A DNA stretch of 62,871 nt, counting the filler, from Welwitschia mirabilis (Eukaryota): assembly GCA_051453625.1 (NCBI GenBank). It is 5 parts of one record of this genome, joined end to end, with 100 filler letters (N's around TTAATTAATTAA, not from the genome) between each part and the next. Parts side by side here need not be neighbours in the genome. Positions count along the whole stretch, not along the records: positions 40,438 to 57,641 come from JBOZIK010000001.1; 4 more parts are not named here. One strand, given 5' to 3'. The position numbers and the translations under genes are program-made. The notes beneath the pieces are model-generated. The model had not been told where the DNA came from. It worked only from the letters and a program-made list of their open reading frames with translations, and ran no database searches. Below, one piece after another: positions 40,438 through 53,718 of the stretch (its first letter is position 1; every line of letters starts with the position of its first letter).

Positions 40438-43300
40438 TCTTTGATAACATCATAATCACTTTTTTTTCAAGTGGAATTTTATGGAGCTGATACATGTTGT
40501 TATGCATTTTTGCCTAGGTGATTTTATGATGTCTTCTAAGGGGGTTTGTTAGGTTAGAATTTAGGATAGGTAAGCTATCTTCTTCATGTTCCTCATATCT
40601 ATTCTTATTTTTCTTTTTTTATTTAATTCTTGAGTTTGATATTTTAAAGTTATTTTTGTACTTTCTCATCCATATCTAGGACCTTATCATTTATTAGTTT
40701 CCTTATTATTATTTAGGGTATTTCTTTCAATATCACATTAATCTTCTTTTAAAATTTTTACTTAATAATAATATCTTATTCTTTACAATTTTTATGAGAT
40801 TTCTTTGTATCTATTAGAGTTTTATACTTTTTTGTTTCTTTTTAATTTTGGTATATTTGTTTTGTTTTATTTGTCATGTTTAAACCTATTTAGTATATCT
40901 TCATTGCTCTATTTTTCATTTATTTTGACTTTTCTCATACTCCTAATTTATCAAGATTCTTTATCATTCCCTCTTTTCTAAGTTTTTTTGATACATTTTA
41001 ATAATTTCAAGCTAATATCTGAGCCTAACTTACTTAATTGACATTTTTATTTCTAAAAAAGTTTTCAAAAATCTCATCATCCATGTGGTCATCTAGATGA
41101 TAATGTAGATGATGTTAAGATTTTTTTTTTTTGATAGTTGTCCTAGGACTATTGTTTAGACAACACAACTGGATGACAGTGCAATAAAACTATGGTGTCC
41201 ATTCTTTTTCCTCATTTTTCTTCCATTATTTATTATTTCCATCTATTCTCTTTAGAGACGATAGTATCCTTGATCCCTGCTGACATGTTGAAACCTATTC
41301 CCACCAAATTCACTCATTCTATTTCTAGATTTTTTTAAATTTTCAAAAATGAGGTATGTTTTTCTCTTTCTTATCTTTTTTTAAATTTTTTTTTATCTTG
41401 TTTCTTAGTCTTTTAATGTGTAGTTTCTATCAATGTTGTTTAGTTTTCTGAGCTCTTCAATTTGGAACTTATGGATCTTTTTTTAGCTGTGTAGTTTGAA
41501 AGATATGATAAATTGTATGTTTTATAAGAAAAAATAGGATTTGACATTTAAAACTTATTTTCTCATAAAATTTTACTTAAAACATAGTGATCATTTAGGA
41601 TAAATTAATCTATTCGATGTGCTTTACATTTCTAGTAGATTCATTTTTCATTTGAATACTTTTATTTTTTATGTTATGTGGGGCTTACCTAGAACACACT
41701 TTTTAAACTTTTTGCATGTTTTTATTTTTCTTTATACAACCAGGTAATACGAGATGTATTTTTACTTTTGAGGGGAGTAAGACATATTTTCAAAAATTTT
41801 ATACATTTTTAACTAATTTTTGGGGTCATTTTGAACATTTATGTGATATATTTTAGTTATATCTGCTAGATCTTACATGAATTATTGTGTATTTATAATT
41901 GAGTAGGCCATGTACATGTAGAGCTAAATAGGCTAAGGCTGAGGCTCAAGATGTTGAATAAGAGATAGATCCACTAGTACCATTAGATATTCAGTGTGTA
42001 GATCTAATATATTTCCCACCTCAACATGCTAGATCTCTCACTATTTAGGCAATCACTATCCATGTTGAGGAATATTTTAGGGATTTCATGAGTTGATTAG
42101 AGCCAGATGTTGATTATAGGCTCATGAATATATATCTTTACTGGATCTTAGATGCAAAGGGAGCATACTATATATTAGAGACCAAGGAATCCTATTTCAT
42201 CATGCACATAGAGCATATCCCTGATTTCTGTGGATGGATGGTAGACATGACTATAGCCATAATTTAGGATTATGAGATTTCATTCCTTCCAAATTACATT
42301 ACGGCAGTGATAGATCTTGTTGGCATTGGAAGTATTCAAATATACTTAGTTGGTGAAATAGAGGAGCATTGTATATACGACACTACATTAGACATACCAA
42401 TAGACCTGACTATAGATAAGTAGGATATTTTAATAACACAGTTGACTCCTACCTATCAGATTTTTCATAGAGGGCTAATTCATAACATTAACCCATATTT
42501 TCATGATAGCCATCTCATGATGGCTCATTTAGAGATTTTAGTACTGTTTAGATAGGGTGAGAAGATGGACTTACTTACATTTATATGGAGGAGACTCAAA
42601 TCCATGGTAAAGACATGACAGCTATAGAATTTGGGATATTTATGCCTCCTCTCAGCCATGTTTAGACACTTTAGGATACTAAAGCTCATGAGTGAGTAAT
42701 AACTCATACACATAATACTTTAGCTCATTACGTATAAGACATGGGAATATAGGTATCAAGAGAGGTAAAGAAATCTTAATTTCATAGATCTGTGGTTGAT
42801 GCTTTATTTAAGTAGATTTAGGCCCTCCTGGTAGAGACCACTAAGACCATTAGAGGTATTATTAACTAAGGCATTTTAGCATTAGAACAAAGGATCTAGA
42901 TAGTTGATTAGAGCATCCACATGATTGATAGAAGAGTACAAAACTCTAAGGAATCGTTAGTAGATGTACATCAGTGCATCTTATCTACTGAGAAAGTGTG
43001 ATAGTCAATCTTCCAGAGGCAGTTTGAGTACAGGAAGATAAGACAAAATGTTCCATCATAACATCATTGGACTTTTGTTTTCCTATGGACCCTGAGCATC
43101 CTTTCTCTTCTTGTCCTACACCTTAGCCTAAATCCTATCTGGAATTCATCATAAGATGACAAGGAGAGTGATTTATTTATATTATATATTGTATAATTTC
43201 CTTCATATATTATACTAAAAACTCATGATATATATATATATACATATACATATTTTATTTTGATTATTAGCATGGTGTACATTTTTATTATTGGATTTCA
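40438..43300 (+). mobile_element. Athila-like 3' internal region in + orientation (non-coding region plus extra ORF)
   Basis: Reverse-complement similarity to ~28505-31400. Confidence 0.8.
41910..43000 (+). pseudogene. Athila extra ORF, Transposase_32 / putative plant transposon protein-like
   Basis: One frame reads ...EEYFRDFMS*LEPDVDY...LTPTYQIFHRGLIHNINPYFHDSHLMMAHLEILVLFR*GEKMDLLTFIWRRL...NLGYLCLLSAMFRHFRI, interrupted only by stops over ~780 bp. Family assignment is by recalled motif. Confidence 0.7.
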
Positions 43301-43354
43301 AGCATATTTTACATATCATTTTTACACTTCAAAAGTGAAATAATTATGTGGAAA

Positions 43355-43628
43355 TACTAAGAGTCTAGGAAATAAGAAATGCCTCTAATGATACTAGGAA
43401 CATCACTGATCCCATAGTCTCAAAGTTTATTACAACTTGTTATGATAAGGGAAGTATATCCATAGTCAGAGAAGTAAGGACCTGTGAAACCCCCTAGTGG
43501 TGTTTCCATAGCTACTAACACTGCTAAAGGTTCTTTTCAAAAAACTTTACCCTAGTGTGATAGGACATCATAGTGATCATGTATTTTTTTAGCATAAATA
43601 CAATATATCATGGTCATTAGTATTTCTT

Positions 43629-43700
<72 letters not shown>

Positions 43701-46700
43701 NNNNNNNNNNNNNNNNNNNNNNNNNNNNNNNNNNNNNNNNNNNNNNNNNNNNNNNNNNNNNNNNNNNNNNNNNNNNNNNNNNNNNNNNNNNNNNNNNNNN
43801 NNNNNNNNNNNNNNNNNNNNNNNNNNNNNNNNNNAGAAAAAAAAGGAAAAAGGCATCTTCTCTCAAAATGAAGTTCATAGACATTACAATGTCTTAAGCT
43901 TGGGTGAATCTAATATGATCATCATAAAATGCCTAAGTATGAATACTAGTCATGAAAACTTCATTAAAAAAACACATAAGTTAAGTTTAAATGATAATCT
44001 AGTGATATCATAACATCCACCAAATGAATAATCTAAGAAAGAATTTATACAATGATAGGGCAAAAGTCCTTCTTATTTAGGAAAACTTCCAAAACAATTA
44101 ATTCTATCATGTTTAAAGTTGCATCAAAAAATTTTTCATATATTTTTAATATTTGTTCATTAACTTTCTGAATCTCCTTAGTTTCTAAGTTAAAAATCTT
44201 AATAGAGCCATTAGAATGCGCTTTCTCTAAATATAAGAATCTAACCATTTAGAGGATAACTTGTTATGTAAAATATGTACTTTAGTCTTGTATAAAAGAG
44301 TAAGTTAACCAGGTTCAAACTTTTTATAAAGTAACTTTCTATCATATTTAATCTTAGCTAGGGCTTTGTGTATTAGTTAATAATGTATAGCATGAGTATA
44401 TTTTTCATCGAGGTGATCAAGTTAGGCTAATCTATATTTAAGATTCTCATAAAGATCCACAAGATTAAGTTGACAAGAAGAATGATAAGGGTTATAACAC
44501 ACATCAATAGGTAAAACACACAAGTTCATAAAATGAAAAACTAAGTGAATTATGCCAAGTAGTATGGTAAGGCCAAATAACATCATTAATCTTAAAAGCC
44601 CAATATTTCTTATTAATAGAGATAAGTTTTTATAGCATTTTCTTAATTTCTCTATTTGAATTTTTAGCTTGATCATTGTTTGCGGATGATAAGTACAAGC
44701 TACTCTCTATTTTATTCTAATGGATAAAATAAGTTTCCTAAAATGTTGATTAATAAAATGAGTCTTTTGATCACTAATGGTAATCCTAGGAAAAACAAAA
44801 CATTAAAAATATGAGTTCTAAGAAAAGTATAAATAGTTTGAGCATCATTCATAGAAGTAGGAATAATAGGGCCTATAAAATCAATTTCCTAACAATCAAA
44901 AGGTTTGTATTCAAGAATATGTTTAAAGGATATTTCTTGAAAATGAATAACGTTATCATAATGTTAACAAGTATTACACTTTCTAACAAAATCAAAAGAG
45001 TTATAAAAAAGAGTAGGTCAATAAAAACTAGAGTGAAGGATTTTTATAATGATTTTTTATCCATTAAAATGACCTTCACAAATACTACCATGGCGAAGAT
45101 GAAGGATGTTATATTTTTCCCATTTAGGCATACATTTTTCCATGATTTGGTCTTTGCAGTTATGATGAAGATGTGGCTTTATCCATTCATAATCACCTAT
45201 TTTATGGAGAAAGGATTTTCTTTGATTATAAGTCTAATTTTATGGTATTTTCATAATAATAAGATAATTAATAATATCAGCATACCAAGGTGGAGGATGA
45301 GTAAAAGATATAGCAAAAAGTTGTTCATCAAGAAAAGAACTTTAAATATAAGATTATCAAGAGAGAATGAAAGATGTGACAAATGATCTACTATACTACT
45401 ATGCTTTCTTGCTTTATCAATAATGATTAAATTAAATTCTTACCTGAGAAGGATCCATTTAAAAAGTCTAGCACTAGAATCTTTCTTGGTCATGAGGTGT
45501 CTAATTAATACATGATTAATATAAATATTCGTATAGAATCCTAAAAAGATAATGTCTAAGCATATTAAGGCAAAGATAATCATTAACATTTATTTTTCAT
45601 AATAGTATAATTCATTTAAGCTTTAGATAAAGTTTTACGATGATAAAATATAACCTTAAAATTGTTTTTACAATTTTTCCTAAGAATCCTTCCCATGGTA
45701 ATGTTACTAGAATTAACATTAACTCAAAATCTTTATTCTAATTAAGTATTGTTATAATAGGTATGGAAGAGATTTTATCTTTAGGTGTATCTAAAGCAAG
45801 ATGATAAGATTCATTTCAATTAAATTTATCTTCTTTTTCAAGTAATGAGTAAAGGGGTTTACAAATTTTTACATAATCTTGAATAAAGCAAGGATAAAGA
45901 TCATAATGATCAAGAAGGAATTAAACTTGTTTTACATTTGTTGGAGGAGTTAGCTTTTTAATAATATTGACTTTTTTAGGTTCATCCTAATTCCTTTATC
46001 AGAAATGTGGTAACCTAAGACAATTTTACTACCAACTAAAAAGAAACTTTTCTTTCAACTCAAACGTAGGTCACTAGTAATGCATATATCAAGGACTTTC
46101 TATAACCTTTCTATTATTTATTCAAACTTTTTACTATAGATTAAAAAGTCATTCATGAAAATTTCTATTAAATCCTCTGATATATCAGAAAGATACCCAT
46201 CATTACACCTTGAACAGTACTAAGAGTATTGCAAAGTCCAAAAGGCATACATCTAAAGGAAGAAGTTTTAAAAGTTAAAGTAAAAGTAGGTTTAGCCTAA
46301 TCCTCACTAGCAATAAAAACATGATTATAATCACTATACCCATTAAGACAATAATAAAAAGTATGTTCATGGATTCTATCAAGTATTTAATTAAGAAAAG
46401 ATAAAAGACAATGGTCTTTCTTAGTTAGTTCATCTAATTTTCCAAAGTCAATACGCATTCTTCATTTCCCATATTTCTTAGGTACTATCATCAAAGGAAT
46501 AACCCACTTAATAATAGCTCTAGCATAAATAATTCTAGCATTTATTAATTTAATGGTTTCATTTTTTGTAACTTATTTAAGGGCTATATTTAGTCTATGT
46601 TAGGTTTGCCTAAAAGGTTTTGCATTGTTCTTAAGGTAGATTTTATGTTGAATAATAGAGGTAGGAATCATTATTAAATATGTGTGGGACCAAGTAAACA

Positions 46701-48697
46701 CATTAACCTTAGATTTTAAAAGTAATATTAAAATCGATTCTTGTTGAGAGAAAAGATTCTTTTTTATTATCAAAGGTTTATTTTAATTATCAAATAGAAA
46801 GATATATTTTAGTCCATTGGGTAAAGGTTTTATATTTAAATTTAGATTTTTATTTTCTATTAAATTTTCATCAAAATTGACTATTCTCCTAGACTATCAT
46901 CTAGAAGGTAGTAGTGGATGACCTTCCTCAAAATAAGAAATCTTAGTTTTATTTAGATTTTTGACTTTTGCATAATTTATAGTTCTATTTTTTCTACTCT
47001 CTTGATTAAAATAGTTGGTTTTTAGATGCTCATAGTTAAGTTGATCATCATCACAAGCTTTCAAGCTTTTTCCTTTAAGTGGATCATCAAACAAGGTTAG
47101 ATCATGAAACATTAGCCATCTTTTCTCAAGTGGACAATGGTCTAAAAATAGACTAGGCTTAATGTCTTCTTTAACATTTAACTCATCACCTAAATTCTTT
47201 TTAGTAGCATCAAATATTCTAATAGTAAACTTCTTATTTCCTAAGTAACATTCCATCATTCTAGTTCTAATATAGATAATATAATGAATTGTTGCATAGA
47301 AAGCTCTACCTAGAAGTAATGGAAAACCTTTATTATTCTCAATTTTAATCACTACTACGTCTATAGGATAGAATGCTTTTTTAATTTGAAACACTAAATC
47401 TTTGATTACTTTTAAAGATTTCTTCACTGATGTATCTGCTAATTCTAAAACGATCCTTGTTTTGATAAATGTGCAAAGGTATGATGTTAACACTTGCTCC
47501 TATATTGATTAAGGCTTTTTTTATTATTTTATTTCCTTCTAAAGTAATACTAATAGTTACTACCCTTGGATCCTTAAACTTTAGACATTTTTGTAAGACT
47601 AAGTTGGTTATAGATTGGGCTAGGAAGACTTTAGTAAGTGTAGTTCATTTTCATTTTGTTCTAATTAGATTTTTCCAAAACTTATAATATTTAGGATTTT
47701 CTTATAAAAGTATTCAAAATGATAAATTTATACTTACATTTTGTATTAAGGCTTAAGATATTCATCAAAGGTAGGATTTGTGTTTAATCTATCTAGACAA
47801 GGTGTAGCAGGTTTCTTATCTTTATCTTGAGAAGAATTTTTTATCATCATTTAAAGGAGAAGGGAAAGTATGATTTTCTAATATTTCAGTATCCTCTTCT
47901 TTATCATCATTTTTATCATTTTGGGATATTAAAGCCTCTTGGGTAGGAAGTATTGTATTATTTCCACTACTTGTTATAACCTTATAATCTTTTTTTAATT
48001 TTATTAAGGTTTGTCAAAGGTTGTGTTGAAAGTGATTCTTATGGTCTGTGATTAGCAAGCATAGTTTATAGTAGGACATTAATAAGATTTTCAATGTTTG
48101 AATTTGTCTTTTCTTAAGATTTTATTAACTCATTAATGGAATTTCTAAGTGGATCATTTTGGTTTTGTGAATTTGATGTGCTTGCTTGATAATTAAAGTT
48201 TCTTGGTTGAAAGTTTGAGTTATTTATTTGAAAGTTAGCATTCTTAAATCTATTTATAAATGGTTAAAAATTGGGATTATTTACTTGAAAGTTCTTAAAT
48301 TTTTTCTTAAAAGATTAAAAGTTTGATTATTCATTTATCTTAGTTTAAAATTAATTTTGATTTTGGTTCTGATTTTGATTTTAGTTTTAGCTTTAATTTC
48401 TAAAGTTTGAAAACCTCTGATTAAATGCATACATCTCTTCATAAATCTTTTCTTTATAAGTTGATAATAAAGGAAAATTTTTTATTACATGATAGTTATC
48501 TTCACACAAATCATAAGTTGGAATCACAACCACACTCTTTTTAGTTGCCACCTTAGCATCTAAGATCATTTGAGTGTATTTTTCTAGCATTGCAATGAAA
48601 TCCTTAATAGCATTTTTTTGGTTATTTCTCTGTTTTCACTTCCTCCTTTTCATGTTTAACTTCTTCAAGGTCCTTATAATTTGGCCTACTATATGAT
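43355..48697 (-). mobile_element. Athila-like element C: gag tail, full decayed pol, 3' non-coding region
   Basis: ALINIGASVNIIP (~47480-47516); ORF 46897..47493 (LELAD...PLLLGRAF); EIFMNDFLI (~46140-46166); RH ~45370-45960; INT 44045-45150; 43355-43600 matches 31855-32110. Confidence 0.9.
43633..43700. repeat. (TC)n microsatellite running into a gap
   Basis: About 34 TC units; accounts for the ER/LS-repeat ORFs. Confidence 0.98.
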
Positions 48698-48797
48698 NNN
48701 NNNNNNNNNNNNNNNNNNNNNNNNNNNNNNNNNNNNNNNNNNNNNNNNNNNNNNNNNNNNNNNNNNNNNNNNNNNNNNNNNNNNNNNNNNNNNNNNN

Positions 48798-51700
48798 ACT
48801 TCTGCACAGTTACAATTTACTTCTGCATAGTTTACAATTTTAGGTTTCTACTCTCTTGATCAAAATAATTAATTCTTCAATTCTCATAGTTAAATTAATC
48901 ATCATCAAAATATTTTAGGATTTTTACTTCAAGTAGATCATCAAACAAGGTTGGCTCATGAAGCATTAAACATTTTTTCTTAAGTGGATGGTACTATAAA
49001 AATAAACTAGATTTAATTTCTCCTTTAACATTTAATTCATCACCTAAATACTTCTTAGCAGCATCAAATACTCTAATAGTAAAGTTCTTATTTTCTAAAT
49101 AACATTACATTATTCTAGATTNNNNNNNNNNNNNNNNNNNNNNNNNNNNNNNNNNNNNNNNNNNNNNNNNNNNNNNNNNNNNNNNNNNNNNNNNNNNNNN
49201 NNNNNNNNNNNNNNNNNNNNNNNNNNNNNNNNNNNNNNNNNNNNNNNNNNNNNNNNNNNNNNNNNNNNNNNNNNNNNNNNNNNNNNNNNNNNNNNNNNNN
49301 NNNNNNNNNNNNNNNNNNNNNNNNNNNNNNNNNNNNNNNNNNNNNNNNNNNNNNNNNNNNNNNNNNNNNNNNNNNNNNNNNNNNNNNNNNNNNNNNNNNN
49401 NNNNNNNNNNNNNNNNNNNNNNNNNNNNNNNNNNNNNNNNNNNNNNNNNNNNNNNNNNNNNNNNNNNNNNNNNNNNNNNNNNNNNNNNNNNNNNNNNNNN
49501 NNNNNNNNNNNNNNNNNNNNNNNNNNNNNNNNNNNNNNNNNNNNNNNNNNNNNNNNNNNNNNNNNNNNNNNNNNNNNNNNNNNNNNNNNNNNNNNNNNNN
49601 NNNNNNNNNNNNNNNNNNNNNNNNNNNNNNNNNNNNNNNNNNNNNNNNNNNNNNNNNNNNNNNNNNNNNNNNNNNNNNTTTAGTCACAACCACATTATAA
49701 GATAGAATGGTTATTTTATTTAAATCACTAAATCTTTGATTACTCCTAAAGATTTCTTTATTAATGTGTCTGCTAATTGTAAGACAATTCTTATAGGCCC
49801 AATTCTACTTTCCAATCTAAGTCATTGATAAATATGTAAAGGCATAATATTAACACTTGCTCCTATATCTATTAAGGCCTTATTTATTCTTTTCTTTCCT
49901 TCTAAAGTAATACTAATAGTTATTTACCTTGAATTATTAAACTTTGGACATTTTCATAAGACTAAGTTGGTTATAGATTGGACTAGGAAGACTTTACTAG
50001 ATATAGTTCGTTTTTATTTCCTCCTAATTAGATCTTTCCACAACTTAAAATATTTAAGATTCTCTAGTAAAACTTTGTAAACTGGTAAATTTATGCTTAC
50101 ATTTTGAATTAAAACTTTAAAATGTTATTAAATATATAATTAGTATTCAAACTATCAAGCCAAAGGGTAGCAAGTTTCTTACCTTTATTTTGAGAAGAAT
50201 TTTTCTTATTATTATTTAAAGGAAAAGAGAAATAATGATTTTCTAAAATTTTAGTATCTTATTCTTATTTATTATTTTCATCACTTTGGATGTTAAAGCC
50301 TCTTGGGTAAGAGGTGTTTTATCATTTCCACTTCTTTTCACAACCTTATAATACTTTTTTACTTATTATTTGATAAAAGTTATGTTATAAGTAACTCTTG
50401 TGGTCTTTGATTAATAAGCATAGTTTGTTGTAAAACATTAACAAGATTTTTAAATTTTGAATTTATCTTATTTTGATATTTTTATAACTCATTAATGAAA
50501 TTTCTAAGTAGATCATTTTTGGTTTTATGAGTTTGATATGCTTGCTTGATAATTAGAGTTATTTAGTTAGAAGTTTACATTCTTAAATCTATTTCTAAAT
50601 GATTGAAAATTAGAATGATTTGCTTGAAAGTTCTTAAATTATTTTCAAAATATTAAAAGTTTGATTGTTCATTTATCCTAGGTTGAAATTAACTTTGATT
50701 TTGATTCTAATTTTGATTTTGATTTTGATTCTAATTTTTAAAGTTTGAAGACCTTTGATTAAATGCATATACCTCTTCATAAATCTTTTCTTTATAAGTT
50801 GGTAATAAAGATAGTATTTCATCACATGGTAGTTATCTTCACATATATCACGAGTTGGAACAACAACAAAAAATTTTTTTGTTACCACCTTAGCATCTGA
50901 GATCATTTGTGTGTATTTCTTTAATGTTGTAGGGAAATCCTTAATAACATTAGTTGGTTCTTTCTCTATTTTCACTTTTTTTTCTCTTGTTTAACTTCTT
51001 TAAGATCTTTTATAACTTGATATACTATAGGATTTTCTTTATGTGAGCGTTTAGGCCATGTCTTACTTACTTTTACTAGTTCTTCTAACACTTTTCATGC
51101 ATTTTCTAATGTGAGATTCATTAAGTTTCCTTCACATGAAAAATCTACTAGTTGTCTTGTTTAGCTATTAAGTCCACTCTAGAAATAGTCTATTAATTAT
51201 TCTTAAGAAAAAGCATTAATAGGGTTAACATGTAAGGCAACCAAAAATCATTCATAGGTAGAGGCATATTCTTTATTAGGTTGTTGTTGGAAATTTGTTA
51301 ATTCTTTCTTTATTTTTTATATAATTGTTTCACTCATAAATCTCTTTATAAATGCTTCTTCAACTTGATTTTATGTTTTTAAACTCTTATGTAGAATAGT
51401 TCTTAACCATAGTTTAGATTTTCATTTTAAAGTAATAAGAAAAATAACCATATAAGTATGATAGTTAATTTGTTTTTTAGCATTTTCAGACATAAGTACT
51501 AATTGATCAATGTCGTTTATATGTTGTAAGGAATTTTCATCATGTTCTCCATTAAAAATAGGATAGGCATTTAAATTTCTTAACTCGACATTATTACCAA
51601 GAGGTAGGTCAAAAGGGGTTTGGATTTCATGTTTCTTATTTTCTATAAGTTCTTTAAGGGTAAAATTAGCATTAGGATTTATAGGAGTAATAGTATAAGT

Positions 51701-53682
51701 TCCAATCATAATAAGGAAATTGGACGAAGCAACCGATTTTTGTTTTTGTGATGAATTCGACATTGTAATAAAAAGATTTTCTTTTAAACTATATTCTAAA
51801 AAATTCTCTTTTAAAAATAAAACAATAAATGAAAAAAATATTTTCTTGCTAAATGTTTGAAGTATTTTGTGTACTTAAGGTGTGCATACTTAGGTTAAGT
51901 TCATAGTTAATTAAATCTTCTCAGATGTTTTCTTAGATCAATAACTACTCTCTCTAATATTTTGTCTTTTTACTAGAATTTATGATGTTCTAGTGTGCTT
52001 AGTTTTTATTTTAGTACATGTCATCACTATGGTCGTCTAGACAATATACATAGATGACAGAGCACATATAAAAAATCAAAAATAAAAAATGTAGAAAAAT
52101 AGAATCATGAAATAATAGACACTGAAAATAGACAATTGTCCATCTATTTATCTAGATGATAAAGGGAACAATAGGAAAACCCTAATTCCTAAGAAAATGA
52201 AGTGGAAAAAAAGCACATAGGTCATCATCACTGCATGTTATTTGGGTGATGGAGTGGATGACAGGGTATTTATTTTGAAATGCAAAATGAAAACTACAGA
52301 AAGAAAAACCTATGTTTCTATTGTATAAAATACAATGCTAATGTACATAAATACTCAAAACTAAAATTCATAGCACTTACTTGAGTTATAATAATCCATA
52401 AATTCTAAGTAGCCTTCCCCAGCAATGATGTCAAGATGTTGTGATGCATATTTGTGTAAATGTTACATTATTAAGTAGATCCTATCATTCACAAATAAAT
52501 ATGCATAATACAACACATTAATATAGATGGAAGTGACTCAAATGTCATATTCTTGTTGGAGGAATAAGCAAGAAGAAAGAGAATTAATTTCAAAAATGAA
52601 ACACTATGTATTCTTAGATTAGAATGCAATAGCAATGCAGAAATAACCATGCAAATACATTATGCAAATGAATTGTAAGTCTAAACTAATATGTAACTTT
52701 CATCCAATTACCAAATCAACCTATCATAAATACTAGCTTTGTATAACTTAGATCAATCAAAAAAATCCATCACTAGATTCAAACCAATCTAAGCTATCAT
52801 CTGTGTTGAACAGAATATAAAAATGATGGAAAGTTAATCTAGGAAAGAAAATACATTGCACCTAAACTAATAATGTCAACCTTAATAAAAGTTATTCTCA
52901 TGATCTATATAACTAAAGAATCTATCACAGACTTAGAAGCAACATAAATCATAGGAAACATGAACAAAATAAAAGATATGAAAGAAAAATAGGTTTTGAT
53001 TAGAAGTGAACCAACATCCGTATTACAAAATAGCAGCACCTCAATGAAGGATACACAGCTCAACACTAAGAAAGACATCTCTCTATAATAACAATGGATG
53101 GATCTCTAGCCATTCAATCTCTTGTCATGAGAATTTTTGGTGCAAATAAAGATGAAAACAAATTCAAGAATAAAGGAGGTATTTATTACAAAATAGACTC
53201 TGTAATTAGATAAGACTAATAGGTGTGTGAAAAACACTAATAACTACATAAAATCTGTGAGACAAATAGCTAAATTTTGGTAAAGCATCTATTTCTAGTA
53301 TTATTCTGCTAGTCATCTAGATGATATAGGAGATGATACCACCTTATAAGAGTTTCACATTAGTTGTCAAATTAATCTAGTCAACATCCTCCTTAGCTAA
53401 AGTATTTCTTTTGTCCATATAGTTGTCTAAACGATGAGGTGGATGATTGGCTTTTGTAGAGTTCTCCATATTTTGCATTAGCCTATTTATTTGTAAGATT
53501 TTTGCTTCAGATAGTAAATATTATAAATTACTTCAAATGTTATAAAATGTAATGATGATTGCATATTTTTTGGTCATTTGTCTTAACTCTTCATTATCAT
53601 TGAAATTTAGCATAAACCTATCTAATTTCCTACCAAACTACTCAAAATATTCTATCAAATAATACAAGTTAATAGCATAGCA
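48798..53682 (-). mobile_element. Athila-like element D 5' part: LTR 52437-53682, PBS 52416-52433, UTR, gag (from ~51763), protease
   Basis: PBS TGACATCATTGCTGGGGA; LTR starts TGTTGTGATGCA; ORF 51422..51763 (PIFNGEHDENSLQHI); ALIDIGASVNIMP ~49841-49879. Confidence 0.88.
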
Positions 53683-53718
53683 CTAAAACTCTAGAATATA
53701 AGGGGAAAAAATTGTATG

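Noticed and set aside
28505..43300. Large inverted repeat between 28505-31400 and 40438-43000
   Set aside because: Orientation depends on the artificial join at 40382, and the arms are diverged paralogues.
43552..43897. ER- and LS-repeat ORFs
   Set aside because: Translations of the (TC)n microsatellite plus gap.
44811..45386. 191-aa + strand ORF (also 34179..34532 and 37779..37976)
   Set aside because: Antisense shadows of minus-strand integrase/RT.
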